From the NCBI GenBank assembly GCA_965242925.1, contig CBDEUM010000038.1, forward strand, positions 288,001-352,000: DNA of 64,000 nt. The letters run 5' to 3'. Positions 27,257 through 36,824 of the stretch are shown piece by piece. The notes under the pieces were generated by a model. It saw only the letters and a list, made by a program, of their open reading frames with translations. It had not been told where the DNA came from and made no database searches. The position numbers and the translations under genes are program-made. Each line of letters starts with the position of its first letter. Within the stretch, counting starts at the first letter, position 1. Source of the DNA: Roseibacillus sp. Lineage in GTDB: Bacteria > Verrucomicrobiota > Verrucomicrobiia > Verrucomicrobiales > Akkermansiaceae.

Positions 27257-27595
27257 GTGACCGCGAGGCGATCGATTACCACTTTTGAAAGCCGGGTGTA
27301 TGCCGTCCTGCGGGAAATTCCACAGGGGAAGGTGGTTACCTATGCAGCCTTGGCCCATCATCTCAATTGCCGCTCGGCCCAGGCGGTAGGGCAGGCGCTC
27401 AAGCGCAACCCGTTTGCGCCGGAGACACCCTGTCACCGTGTGATCCGGACAGATGGATCGTTGGGTGGCTATTCCGGAAAGCGTCGGGGTGTGCGGGTGG
27501 AGCGCAAGCGACGAATTCTTGCGGGGGAAGGCGTGGTATTTGACGAGGCGGATCAGCTCTGTGATTCCAGTCGGCTCTGGAGCTGGACAGATTGA
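27257..27595 (+). CDS. MGMT family (methylated-DNA--protein-cysteine methyltransferase), single domain
   Basis: IPQGKVVTY, AVGQAL, active-site PCHRV, LGGY, LAGEG. Confidence 0.9.
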   Translation: MTARRSITTFESRVYAVLREIPQGKVVTYAALAHHLNCRSAQAVGQALKRNPFAPETPCHRVIRTDGSLGGYSGKRRGVRVERKRRILAGEGVVFDEADQLCDSSRLWSWTD

Positions 27596-27635
27596 CGGTT
27601 GGCAGAAGGCGGGCAGGGACTATGCTGACCGCGCC

Positions 27636-28694
27636 ATGCGATCCCTCACCCTTTTCCTCCTCCTTGCCGTCTTCTGCCCGGTAGCGGGCAGGGCCGGAAC
27701 CCCGGAGGCGGCCGCTCAAATCAGGAACGAGTATGAAGCGGCGGTCCGGATCTGGGCTCAGAAACTGGCGGTTGCGGATTCCCAGGCTCAACGCAATGTC
27801 TGGAAGAACCGCCCCGGGTCATCGGACTATGGTGCGCGCATGTGGATGGAACTGAAGGATTCCCTGCGCACGGACTGGACCATCGAGTATTGCGTCTGGC
27901 TCCTGGAGCGCGCCCCTGTTTTTGCAGCGGAGACTGACTCGGGAGAGTCGCGGTCGCGCGCGCAGTTCATCATACAGTCCCTCCAGCGTTTCCACCTCAA
28001 GAGTCCCAAGATCGGAATGCTCTGCCTGGCTTTGACCAGCCAGCCTGATCGCTCCATTCTCAAGGTGATTGAGACGGTCGAGCAAGAGAATCCACACGAG
28101 GAGGTCCAGGGTCAGGCGTCCCTCGCGATCGCGATGCTCCTGAAGGGGCTGGGTGATGATGCGGTAATCCTGGAGCGGCGGATTCGCAATCTGCGACGGG
28201 CCATCATCAAGGCCCATGAGGTGAAGGTGGGGGATACCACCGTCTCCAAGTTGGCCATGGATGAGATTTTCGTGATTCAGAACCTGGTCAAGGGGAGGAC
28301 TGCTCCCGATGCCATCGGGCGGGACTCGGCAGGGGAGCCCTTCAAGTTGAGCATTTTAAAGGGCAAGGTGACTGTGCTGGCTTTCTGGCATACCAGTATG
28401 CGCGACGCTGAGCGGGGTCTGGGCCTTTTACGTAAGCTGCATGAGCAGCACGGAAAGCGTGGGATGAATCTGATCGGGGTGACCTCCGACTCCCGGGAGG
28501 TGCTGCGTAGTCTGCGAGCCAACGGGACCATCCCTTGGCGGAATCTTTCCGATGTAGACGGGCGGATCCACTCTCAGTATCGGGTGAGAGATCTTCCCCT
28601 GGTTTACGTCCTGGATGCCCAGCGGAAGATCCGCTACATCGGCGGCCCCGGGTCTTTCGTAGATCTGACGGTAGAAGGAATGCTCGCCGAGTAG
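27636..28694 (+). CDS. Secreted helical protein with a C-terminal TlpA/AhpC-like redoxin domain lacking CxxC
   Basis: Signal peptide; GRTAPD, LSILKGKVTVLAFW, LIGVTSD, YRVRDLP-YVLD; FWHTSMRDA replaces FWxxWCxxC. Confidence 0.75.
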   Translation: MRSLTLFLLLAVFCPVAGRAGTPEAAAQIRNEYEAAVRIWAQKLAVADSQAQRNVWKNRPGSSDYGARMWMELKDSLRTDWTIEYCVWLLERAPVFAAETDSGESRSRAQFIIQSLQRFHLKSPKIGMLCLALTSQPDRSILKVIETVEQENPHEEVQGQASLAIAMLLKGLGDDAVILERRIRNLRRAIIKAHEVKVGDTTVSKLAMDEIFVIQNLVKGRTAPDAIGRDSAGEPFKLSILKGKVTVLAFWHTSMRDAERGLGLLRKLHEQHGKRGMNLIGVTSDSREVLRSLRANGTIPWRNLSDVDGRIHSQYRVRDLPLVYVLDAQRKIRYIGGPGSFVDLTVEGMLAE

Positions 28695-28706
28695 AGGGCG
28701 GGTTCT

Positions 28707-29993
28707 TCAGGACTGGCAGGGAGATTTACCCGGCTCTGGTTCCTGTTCGCGGGTAGCGGGATCCCAGATATAGCGGGTAAAGAGAACCTTCACAGAGGCC
28801 GTGAGAGGGATCGCGAGGAGGGCGCCCAGGAATCCGCCCAGGACAAGGGACCAGAAGAAGATCGAGAAGATGATGGTCATGGGGTGGAGCCCCACCTTGT
28901 CTCCGATGATCTTGGGTTGGACAAAGAGTCCATCGATTTGCTGGACCACGAAGAAGATGGCGAAGACCAGGGCTGGGTGCTGCCAGTCGCCATACGTGGC
29001 CACCGCGATGATCATGGCCGGAATGAGGGTCACCAGGAATCCGATGAAGGGCATCACTCCCAGGATGGCGAGGGCAAGGCCAATCACAAAGGCGTAGGGG
29101 AGCCCGATCATCCAGAGAAGGAGACCGGTGAGGAGGCCGTCGATGATGCTGACAAGGACCTGGCCACGGAAGAAGGCGATGAGGTATCCGTTCATCTCGC
29201 CGAGGGTTGCGACGACTTCGCGCTTCAGGTTGGATTCACGCAGGGGTACGAAGTGGCTCCAGCGGCTCTGAATGATGGCGGCCTCCTTCAAAAAGAAGAA
29301 GAGGTAGACCGGGACGAGGAGAAATCCGAGGGCGTAGCCGATGAAACCAAAGACCTTGCCGGCTCCGCCTTCAAGCCAGTTGAGCCCTGTGGTCAGGAGA
29401 TCCTCGAGATTTTCGGTGGCCCAGTGCCAGCCCTTGCTTTTTCTGAGATCAAATTCGCCGGCATCCTGGCCTGGAATCCACTTGGGAAAATTCTCGAGCC
29501 AGTCGTCATAGTTTGCGAGTTGCTTCTCTTGTGAGGGATCGGCTGAAGATGTGGCGGGCTCTTCTCCTGTTTCATGTTCGGCCAGAGCCTGATTGGCCAG
29601 GGGGCGTAACCAGGGTGTGGTGCGGATATGCTGGACCAGATTGCTGGCCAACTGCTCCCGCTTTTCGAACAGTTCCCCGGCCTGAGAGGCGATCTTGGGG
29701 CTTATTACCAGGAGCGTGGATCCCAGGAGGATGGCGGAACCGGCAAAAACGGATAGGATGGCCCGCAGGCGAGACAGGCCCTTTTCCTCCAGTTTCACCA
29801 CCAGAGGATTGAGGAGATAGGCGAGGATGCCGGCTACCGCCAGGGGAACGAGAACCGGTTGAAGATAGGTGAGAGTTCTACCGATGAGAATGACGAGGCC
29901 CACGAGGAGGGCTCCAATCACCGCGATGGCAATGCCAGTCAGGGCAATCCAGAGAGCGCGGCGCTGAAAGTCGGTTGGGAACTGGTGGAGCAC
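28707..29993 (-). CDS. AI-2E family transporter
   Basis: Multiple TM segments; ILAYLLNPLV, FFRGQ, QQIDG-FVQPKIIG-VGLHP, GALLAIPL. Confidence 0.9.
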   Translation of the reverse strand: MLHQFPTDFQRRALWIALTGIAIAVIGALLVGLVILIGRTLTYLQPVLVPLAVAGILAYLLNPLVVKLEEKGLSRLRAILSVFAGSAILLGSTLLVISPKIASQAGELFEKREQLASNLVQHIRTTPWLRPLANQALAEHETGEEPATSSADPSQEKQLANYDDWLENFPKWIPGQDAGEFDLRKSKGWHWATENLEDLLTTGLNWLEGGAGKVFGFIGYALGFLLVPVYLFFFLKEAAIIQSRWSHFVPLRESNLKREVVATLGEMNGYLIAFFRGQVLVSIIDGLLTGLLLWMIGLPYAFVIGLALAILGVMPFIGFLVTLIPAMIIAVATYGDWQHPALVFAIFFVVQQIDGLFVQPKIIGDKVGLHPMTIIFSIFFWSLVLGGFLGALLAIPLTASVKVLFTRYIWDPATREQEPEPGKSPCQS

Positions 29994-30218
29994 AGGCAGT
30001 TCAAAGAATTAGCAATCCGGGGAACAGGGGGCGATGAGAAAGTCGGGAAAGGCTGGGGGTCAGTCCGACAGGAGGAACCGTTCAGGGTATGACCGTTCCT
30101 TCATCCGCCGTTCGGAGTATTTGAGGGGAAAGGATCCTGTGTGGAGCTATTCAAGGGCCGCAGAATTCAAATCACACGAACCGGGAAGATCGGGAATGTC
30201 TGGCGGATGACCTAGTTG

Positions 30219-31094
30219 CTATCCGTTTCTGGTCACGCGGTCGAGCACGCCATTAACGAAGCCGGGAGATTCAGTGGTGCCGAAAGCACGGGCGAGTTCG
30301 ATGGCCTCGTTGATGGCTACAGCGGTCGGAACTTCGTCGTCGAAAAGGAGTTCGTATGTGCCGAGTCGGAGGATGGACCGGTCGACCCTGTCCAGTCGCT
30401 CAGGGGAGTAGTTGTCTACCACCGCGGCCAGTTTCCGGTCGATGTCAGCGAGATGTCGGTGCAGATCATGATAGTAGGATTCGATGCGCGAGGTGGTGTG
30501 AGCAAGATCCGTCTCGGCCCGCGCCACGGATTTCAATTCGGGCAGCGTCGTGAGGTCGTCGCCGAGGGCAAGGGAGAGGCGTTCACTCACGGGTACGATC
30601 TGTTCTCGCAGAACCAGAGCTTCGTCGTGCAGTTGCTGGAGGGCGGGGAAGTGTGGATTGGTGGCGCTCACCCGGGTTGCCGCGGAGAGAGCAGCGCGAT
30701 TGCTCCGTTTAGCGCCTTCCATACTCTCCCGGAGGCGGGTGACATCCTTGTTGCCTTTGAGTTCGTGACGCAGGCCATGGAGGAAGGTGCGGAGGTTTTC
30801 CTCCTCCTCGCTCCAGGATTTGAGGTCCCTGTTCATCTCGTCGGCCCCATCGGCGGGATCGAGTTCTTCGAGGGTGAGCAGGAGAGGGGAAAGACCGGCG
30901 ATGATCTTCTCCCGGCCTTGCTGGAGATGCACTATGGCCCTTGCGCGAGCTCTCGTGGACCTGTCCCGGGTCGACTCCAGGAGCAGCGACAGGATGGCGG
31001 GATCCGGCGCATCCGGGAGTTCATCTGCGGGGCCCAAGGCATAGAGGAACTGCACAACCGCCTCGCGTATACGGCGACGGGAAGTGTCAGGCAT
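30219..31094 (-). CDS. nusB: Transcription antitermination factor NusB with a large internal insertion
   Basis: N-term [15 protein letters not shown]-term [38 protein letters not shown]; directly follows ribH. Confidence 0.9.
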   Translation of the reverse strand: MPDTSRRRIREAVVQFLYALGPADELPDAPDPAILSLLLESTRDRSTRARARAIVHLQQGREKIIAGLSPLLLTLEELDPADGADEMNRDLKSWSEEEENLRTFLHGLRHELKGNKDVTRLRESMEGAKRSNRAALSAATRVSATNPHFPALQQLHDEALVLREQIVPVSERLSLALGDDLTTLPELKSVARAETDLAHTTSRIESYYHDLHRHLADIDRKLAAVVDNYSPERLDRVDRSILRLGTYELLFDDEVPTAVAINEAIELARAFGTTESPGFVNGVLDRVTRNG

Positions 31095-31596
31095 CTTTTG
31101 GCTGGGTGCGAAGCGATCCTCCGCGGTCAAGTTCGGAGAAGATCTCCACCATGGAGGTGGCAGCACGAGCGGCTTCGATTCCGCGGTTTAGTTCGTCACC
31201 CAGACAACGGACGTGGGCCTGCGCTTCGTCCGCCACCAGAAGCACTTCATTGATGACCGGGGTAGTGTAATCGAGGGAGAGTTGCTGGAGGGCATCGATA
31301 ACGCTGCGGGCTACCAGATCGGCGTGGGCGGTTTCGCCTTGGATGATGACTCCGAGGGCAATCGCACAAATCGGTTGTTCAAGTTCGAGTAGAGACTTGA
31401 TGACAACCGGGATCTCAAAGGCACCGGGCACCCGGATCAGGTCGACCCGGGCCTGTGGCAGGAGCTCGCTCAGTTCCTCGATCGCGTTATCAACGAGTCC
31501 GTCGCTGTAAACCTCGTTGTACTTCGAGGCCACGATGGCGAGTTTGTTGTGCTTGGCATTGAAGATGCGAGGCTTCCGGGAGATTTCTAGAGACAT
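31087..31596 (-). CDS. ribH: 6,7-dimethyl-8-ribityllumazine synthase
   Basis: [33 protein letters not shown]. Confidence 0.95.
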   Translation of the reverse strand: MSLEISRKPRIFNAKHNKLAIVASKYNEVYSDGLVDNAIEELSELLPQARVDLIRVPGAFEIPVVIKSLLELEQPICAIALGVIIQGETAHADLVARSVIDALQQLSLDYTTPVINEVLLVADEAQAHVRCLGDELNRGIEAARAATSMVEIFSELDRGGSLRTQPKDA

Positions 31597-31725
31597 GACG
31601 AATGAACCTTAGGATCTAAGAGATGGATGCTGAATCGAAAATTCAGGGAATTGTAGTGCGGCTTCCTGGGGGGTGACACGTGACGATTTCGTCACAGGCC
31701 TCGCTGCTCTCATGGAGGGCCTTTC

Positions 31726-32925
31726 CTACAGGCGATGGCCGAGTTTGTCGCGTTTCGTTTCGAGGTAGCGGCGGTTGTCGGGATTGGGCTCGGAGCGGAT
31801 CAGCACCTGATCGACGATTTCCAGTCCGTATCCCTCTAAACCCACCACTTTCTTCGGATTATTAGTGAGCAGGCGGATCTTGCGGACACCGAGGTCGTGG
31901 AGAATCTGGGCCCCCATTCCGTAGTGCCGAAGGTCGGACGGGAACCCCAGTCTTTCGTTAGCCTCCACCGTATCAAGGCCTTTCTCCTGGAGCTTGTATG
32001 CGTGAATTTTTGCGGCAAGGCCGATGCCGCGGCCCTCCTGGCGGAGGTAAAGGAGCACGCCCCCGTTCTCAGCGATGCGTTCCATGGCGGCGTGGAGCTG
32101 GCTACCACAGTCGCACCGGCGGGAGGAGAAAACGTCTCCGGTGAGGCACTCGGAGTGAACCCGCACGAGTGTTGGCTGCTCGGGGTCGATCTGGCCCCGG
32201 GTGAGCGCCAGGTGGTGTGAGTCGTCGGTGTGCTCCCGATAAAGGTGGCAATCGAACGCTCCGTATTCGGTGGGAAGGTCGATGGTCTCCTCGCATGCCA
32301 CCAGACGTTCCGTCCGGCGTCGGTATTCAATAATCTGGGCAATCGTGCAGGCCTTCAGCCCGTGTGTCTGCTGGTAGTCGCCGAGATCGCCGACCCGAGC
32401 CATGGTGCCGTCTTCATGCATGATCTCGCAGAGCATTCCGACTCCGGGAAGGTTGGCCATAAGGGCAAGGTCAACTGCTGCTTCAGTGTGTCCGGCCCGG
32501 CGCAGCACTCCATCGTCGGCTGCCTGCAGGGGAAAGACGTGGCCTGGCTGCACGAGACTGTCCGCGCCCGCGTCCTCATTGGCCAAAAGGCCGATAGTCC
32601 GTGATCGATCGGCTGCTGAGATTCCGGTGGTGATTCCGTCCGCAGCATCTACTGAAACGGTGAATGCCGTGCGGTGTCCTTCCCTGTTCCGCCGTGACAT
32701 GGGAGGCAGGTTAAGGGCTTCCACCCTTGCCCGGGTGACAGGTGCGCAGATCAATCCGCGTCCGTGAGTGGCCATGAAGGCGATCGTTTCAGGAGTGGTG
32801 CGGGAGGCTGCCCCTATGAGGTCTGCTTCGTTCTCCCGGGCGGGATCGTCGGCCACGATGACGAGTTTGCCGCCGGCGATATCGTCGACAATTTGGTCGA
32901 TAGAACTGAAGGTCAGGGCCGACAC
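31726..32925 (-). CDS. ribBA: Bifunctional DHBP synthase / GTP cyclohydrolase II
   Basis: RENEAD, GITTGISAADR, PGHVFPL, RAGHTEA; VRVHSECLTGD-FSSRRCDCG, QEGRGIG, LLTNNPKK. Confidence 0.96.
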   Translation of the reverse strand: MSALTFSSIDQIVDDIAGGKLVIVADDPARENEADLIGAASRTTPETIAFMATHGRGLICAPVTRARVEALNLPPMSRRNREGHRTAFTVSVDAADGITTGISAADRSRTIGLLANEDAGADSLVQPGHVFPLQAADDGVLRRAGHTEAAVDLALMANLPGVGMLCEIMHEDGTMARVGDLGDYQQTHGLKACTIAQIIEYRRRTERLVACEETIDLPTEYGAFDCHLYREHTDDSHHLALTRGQIDPEQPTLVRVHSECLTGDVFSSRRCDCGSQLHAAMERIAENGGVLLYLRQEGRGIGLAAKIHAYKLQEKGLDTVEANERLGFPSDLRHYGMGAQILHDLGVRKIRLLTNNPKKVVGLEGYGLEIVDQVLIRSEPNPDNRRYLETKRDKLGHRL

Positions 32926-33152
32926 GGGCTGGTGCGAGGGGGTTGGCGGTCTAAGTGGGGCGGATGCTCGGTGAAGATGTAGTTCAGATTCGAGGAAAGA
33001 AAAGCACCAGTAGGGTTCAATCCTTTCGATGGGGGCCGTGTTCTCAAAGGCTTGGGGGTGTTTTTTGTCAGGTCTGCGGGTAGCAATTTCATAAAGGACG
33101 CAAGGTCAGTGTGTTGGAGGATAAAGTGGTCTCCATTTGAATAGGCTTGCTA

Positions 33153-33169
33153 TTGAGACTCAGTCTCGA
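33153..33169. promoter_or_regulatory. Palindromic operator, Fur/Zur-family-like
   Basis: TTGAGACT-C-AGTCTCGA (8-1-8 dyad, one mismatch) in the divergent ribBA/metal-ABC intergenic region. Confidence 0.55.
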
Positions 33170-33460
33170 CAGGGTCTCAAAGGCTTTCATAGGTGCATCC
33201 AGCGCCATCCTTGAAAGAGCCCGAATCAATTCACCACCAATGAAACCGAGCAAGCTCCAGGCGATTTTTGGCAATCTGTTCCCTGGGCCGGGGGCTGAGG
33301 TTTTGGTTGTGAAGCCAGAGGCGCAGGATAACCAGCAGCAAGGCTTTGAACTCTCATGGCCGGAACAGGGCGACAATGATGGGCCGGTTTCGGGCGCCTA
33401 AGAAAAAATGGCATAAGAGACCGCTAATTTCTCCCAATCTCCCCCTCAGTTACCAGATCG

Positions 33461-34447
33461 ATGAAACGACGTCTAACGATCCTCCTCGCACTAACCGGAA
33501 TCGGTTGGATTTTATCCGGATGTGGGGAAATAGAGCAGGCTACGGGAACAGGTCCGAAAGAGTATCCCTACCAGATCACGACTACGGTGGGGATGATTTC
33601 CGACATAACAAGGCACGTGGCGGGCCAGCATGCCGTGGTGGAGGGAATTGTCAGGGAGGGTGTGGATCCGCATCTCTACGCGGCCTCCATCAATGACGTG
33701 AAGGCGTTCTACGCTGCAGACGTGATTTTTTATAACGGAATGATGCTGGAAGGGAAAATGAGTGACATTCTGGTGCGGGTGGGACGCAACAAACCGGTCC
33801 ATGCGGTGACAGAAGCCATCCAGCAAGAGGCTGGTTATGTCATCATGGATGAATCAAAACATTACGATCCGCATGTCTGGAATGATGTAGCCGGGTGGAT
33901 GAAGGCGGTGGAGGTGGTGCGGAATGTCCTGCAGGAATACGATCCTGCTCACCGGACGGATTACAGCAGAAACGCGGAGGCCTATCTCGAGAAACTGAAA
34001 CAACTGGATGCATACGCAAAGGAGGTGTTAGGCTCTATCCCCGAGAAAAGGCGCGTCCTGATAACCGCCCACGACGCGTTTGGCTACATGGCTCGGGCCT
34101 ACGGACTGAAAGTCCGCGGGATTCAGGGGCTCAGCACCGAGGCGGAAGCTGGTCTGCGGGATGTCGAAGTACTGGTTGAATTCCTGGTAGAACACAAGAT
34201 TCCCGCTGTCTTTGTGGAGTCTTCGGTTTCCCACAAGAGCATCGAGGCCCTCATCGAAGGGGCAGGGGCCAAAGGTCACAAAGTGGAGGTGGGGGGACAG
34301 CTCTTCTCGGATTCCATGGGAAGATCCGGAACCCCTGAGGGGACCTACATCGGGATGGTCGATCATAATGTGACCACTATCGCGAGGGCGCTGGGGGGTA
34401 GCGTTCCGAAAGGGGGATTCCAAGCCTGGGTGAAGAACAGACAATGA
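33461..34447 (+). CDS. Mn/Zn/Fe ABC transporter substrate-binding lipoprotein (TroA/MntA type)
   Basis: Lipobox LSGC; GVDPHLY, DPHVW, HDAFGY, FSDSMG (His/His/His/Asp ligands). Confidence 0.93.
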   Translation: MKRRLTILLALTGIGWILSGCGEIEQATGTGPKEYPYQITTTVGMISDITRHVAGQHAVVEGIVREGVDPHLYAASINDVKAFYAADVIFYNGMMLEGKMSDILVRVGRNKPVHAVTEAIQQEAGYVIMDESKHYDPHVWNDVAGWMKAVEVVRNVLQEYDPAHRTDYSRNAEAYLEKLKQLDAYAKEVLGSIPEKRRVLITAHDAFGYMARAYGLKVRGIQGLSTEAEAGLRDVEVLVEFLVEHKIPAVFVESSVSHKSIEALIEGAGAKGHKVEVGGQLFSDSMGRSGTPEGTYIGMVDHNVTTIARALGGSVPKGGFQAWVKNRQ

Positions 34448-34585
34448 AGTCTTTCGTCGACAATCGCGACGTGCCAGCCTAACTTGACCCCTGTTGCGAG
34501 GACTCCCGGGTGGCCTTTCTGAAAGGGGGCCAGTCCCGGGTGAATAACAAGCAATGAAGTCTTTCGTCGACAATCGCCACGCACC
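34408..34585 (+). repeat. Imperfect direct duplication of the binding-protein/ATPase gene junction
   Basis: CAATGAAGTCTTTCGTCGACAATCGC occurs identically at 34442-34467 and 34552-34577, with similar flanks (GAAAGGGGG...GGGTGAA). Confidence 0.9.
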
Positions 34586-35369
34586 TGCAGACGGTCGCCC
34601 GGAACATCCGGACAACCTCCCCCTCGCGATTCACGACCTGACGGTGGCTTATCACCGCAAACCGGTCATCTGGGATATCGAACTCAATATCCCGGAAGGG
34701 AAACTGGTGGGAGTGGTGGGTCCAAACGGAGCAGGGAAGAGCACCCTTCTCAAGGCGTGCCAGGATCTGGTTCCCAAGACCTCGGGGGAGGTGCAGATTT
34801 ATGGAGCCCCTTACAAGTCGCGCCGCAGTCTTGTCGGCTACGTTCCCCAGCGGGAGAGCGTGGACTGGGATTTCCCGGTGAGTGCGTTGGATGTGGTGGC
34901 GATGGGGACCTATGGGAGACTCGGATGGTTTCGTCGTGTCGGAAAGGCCCAGAAGCGTGTTGCCATGGATGCCTTGGCGCGTGTGGGTATCGAGCATCTG
35001 GCAAGCCGACAGATCAGCCACCTTTCGGGTGGGCAGCAGCAACGGGTTTTTCTTGCGCGCGCTCTTGCGCAGGATGCCAGGATCTACTTCATGGACGAAC
35101 CCTTTGCTGCCGTCGATGCTGCCACCGAGCAGGCAATCGTGACGTTGCTGAAAGAGTTGAACCAGGTGGGCAAGACCTGTCTTGTGGTGCATCACGATCT
35201 GTCCTCGGTGACTCGCTATTTCGATTGGCTTGTCCTGCTCAACATGCGGGTGGTGGCCTCGGGTCCCACGGAGGAGGTGTTCACCCGCGAGAACCTTCAG
35301 AAAACCTATGGGGGCAAGCTCAGTTTGCTGGACGATGTCGCGGATCGTTTGCGCCATGTCAGCAGTTAA
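34554..35369 (+). CDS. Metal ABC transporter ATP-binding protein (TroB/MntB type)
   Basis: GPNGAGKST, YVPQRESVDWDFP, LSGGQQQR, MDEPF, VHHDL. Confidence 0.95.
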   Translation: MKSFVDNRHAPADGRPEHPDNLPLAIHDLTVAYHRKPVIWDIELNIPEGKLVGVVGPNGAGKSTLLKACQDLVPKTSGEVQIYGAPYKSRRSLVGYVPQRESVDWDFPVSALDVVAMGTYGRLGWFRRVGKAQKRVAMDALARVGIEHLASRQISHLSGGQQQRVFLARALAQDARIYFMDEPFAAVDAATEQAIVTLLKELNQVGKTCLVVHHDLSSVTRYFDWLVLLNMRVVASGPTEEVFTRENLQKTYGGKLSLLDDVADRLRHVSS

Positions 35370-36807
35370 GAGCGGGAGGGGATTGGTCCTGCTGATGGCT
35401 TTGGCGCTCCTTTTCCTGAGTGCCGGCTCGCTCGAGGCCCGGGAATCGGCATGGCAGGACTGGGACTATGTCTGGAAGGTTATTACTTTGCAGTCGTACA
35501 ATGCACGTCTTGTCATCCTTTCCACCTCGTTGCTTGGAATTGCCTCCGGACTGGTGGGGACCTTTCTGCTCCTCCGGAAGCGCTCCCTGATGGGGGATGC
35601 GCTCTCCCATGCCACCTACCCGGGCATCGGCATGGCCTTTCTGGTGATGTTGCTCCTGGGGGGAGAGGGGAAGTGGCTTCCAGGATTGCTTCTCGGGGCG
35701 GCCACTACCGGACTGCTCGGCGTTCTCATGGTGCTGGCCATCCGCAACACTACTCGCTTGAAGGATGATGCTGCGATGGGGATCGTGATGGGTGTTTCCT
35801 TCGGCCTCGGGGTCGCGCTCATGAAAATGGTGAGCGATCTTCCCCAGGCTGACGCGGCCGGCCTCAGCAGTTTCATTTACGGGACGGCTGCCACCATGAT
35901 CTTAGGTGACTTTCTTTTGATCCTTGTTGTGACCATAGGAGCGGCACTGGCGTCTCTCTTCCTGCTCAAGGAGTTCGCTATCCTTTGTTTTGATGAGAGC
36001 TTTGCGGCGAGTCAGGGTTGGCCTACTTTTTTCCTCGATCTGGCCATGCTCGGACTGGTGACCGCGGTTACGGTGGTGGGTCTCCAGGCAGTGGGCCTGG
36101 TGTTGATCATTGCATTCCTCATCATTCCCCCCACGGCAGCGCGTTTCTGGACGCATGATCTGCGAGGCATGCTCGGGCTGGCCGCCATGGTCGGCGGTGT
36201 GAGCGGTTGGATCGGTTCGAGTCTGAGTGCGCTTTTTGCGGATCTTCCTACCGGGGCGGTCATTGTCCTGGTTGCGGCCACGATTTTCCTTGTGAGCATG
36301 CTCTTCGGTCCGGCCCGGGGGGTGGTGCCCCGCTCATGGCGTCAGGCCCGGTTGCGGCGCAAGGTCGGGCGGCAACACCTCATGCGGGCGGCATACGAAA
36401 TACTGGAGGGGCAGCAACCCGATGTAGCTGAGCCTATCCGCAATCTCCCCATTGCGCTCGATTCCCTCCTGACCCATCGGTCCTGGTCGGCACAGCAGAT
36501 CAACCGTCTCCTGCGCACCGCTCGGACCGAAGATCATCTGGAGGAGGCGGAGCCAGGGCAGGTGCGGCTCTCTGAGGCTGGCTTCGGCGAAGCGGCCCGG
36601 GTCACCCGCAATCACCGCCTCTGGGAGCTTTACCTTATCCACTATGCTGACATTGCGCCCTCCCACGTTGATCGCGATGCCGATCTGGTGGAGCATGTCC
36701 TTGACGCCGAGGTCGTGAATCAACTCGAATCCGAGCTGCAGGACCGGCCCTCCAGCCTGGAAGTGCCGCCCAGTCCCCACTTCATTGATCAACGTGCAGA
36801 GTCGTAA
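35356..36807 (+). CDS. Metal ABC permease (ABC-3) fused to a C-terminal DtxR/TroR-like repressor domain
   Basis: SLMGDALSHA, FDESFA, VGLVLIIAFLIIPP, then wHTH-like segment and RNHRLWELYL...DADLVEHVL. Confidence 0.9.
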   Translation: MSAVKSGRGLVLLMALALLFLSAGSLEARESAWQDWDYVWKVITLQSYNARLVILSTSLLGIASGLVGTFLLLRKRSLMGDALSHATYPGIGMAFLVMLLLGGEGKWLPGLLLGAATTGLLGVLMVLAIRNTTRLKDDAAMGIVMGVSFGLGVALMKMVSDLPQADAAGLSSFIYGTAATMILGDFLLILVVTIGAALASLFLLKEFAILCFDESFAASQGWPTFFLDLAMLGLVTAVTVVGLQAVGLVLIIAFLIIPPTAARFWTHDLRGMLGLAAMVGGVSGWIGSSLSALFADLPTGAVIVLVAATIFLVSMLFGPARGVVPRSWRQARLRRKVGRQHLMRAAYEILEGQQPDVAEPIRNLPIALDSLLTHRSWSAQQINRLLRTARTEDHLEEAEPGQVRLSEAGFGEAARVTRNHRLWELYLIHYADIAPSHVDRDADLVEHVLDAEVVNQLESELQDRPSSLEVPPSPHFIDQRAES

Positions 36808-36824
36808 GAATTTCATCGGAAGAC

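Noticed and set aside
33011..33030. GGGTTCAATCC resembling a tRNA T-loop or an att duplicate
   Set aside because: No cloverleaf, and it does not match the tRNA-Phe 3' end
32926..33150. FMN riboswitch upstream of ribBA
   Set aside because: No recognisable conserved FMN aptamer segments on the minus strand
33386..33403. DtxR/TroR-like box TTTCGGGCGCCTAA before the binding-protein gene
   Set aside because: Only the right half-site matches; too weak to call
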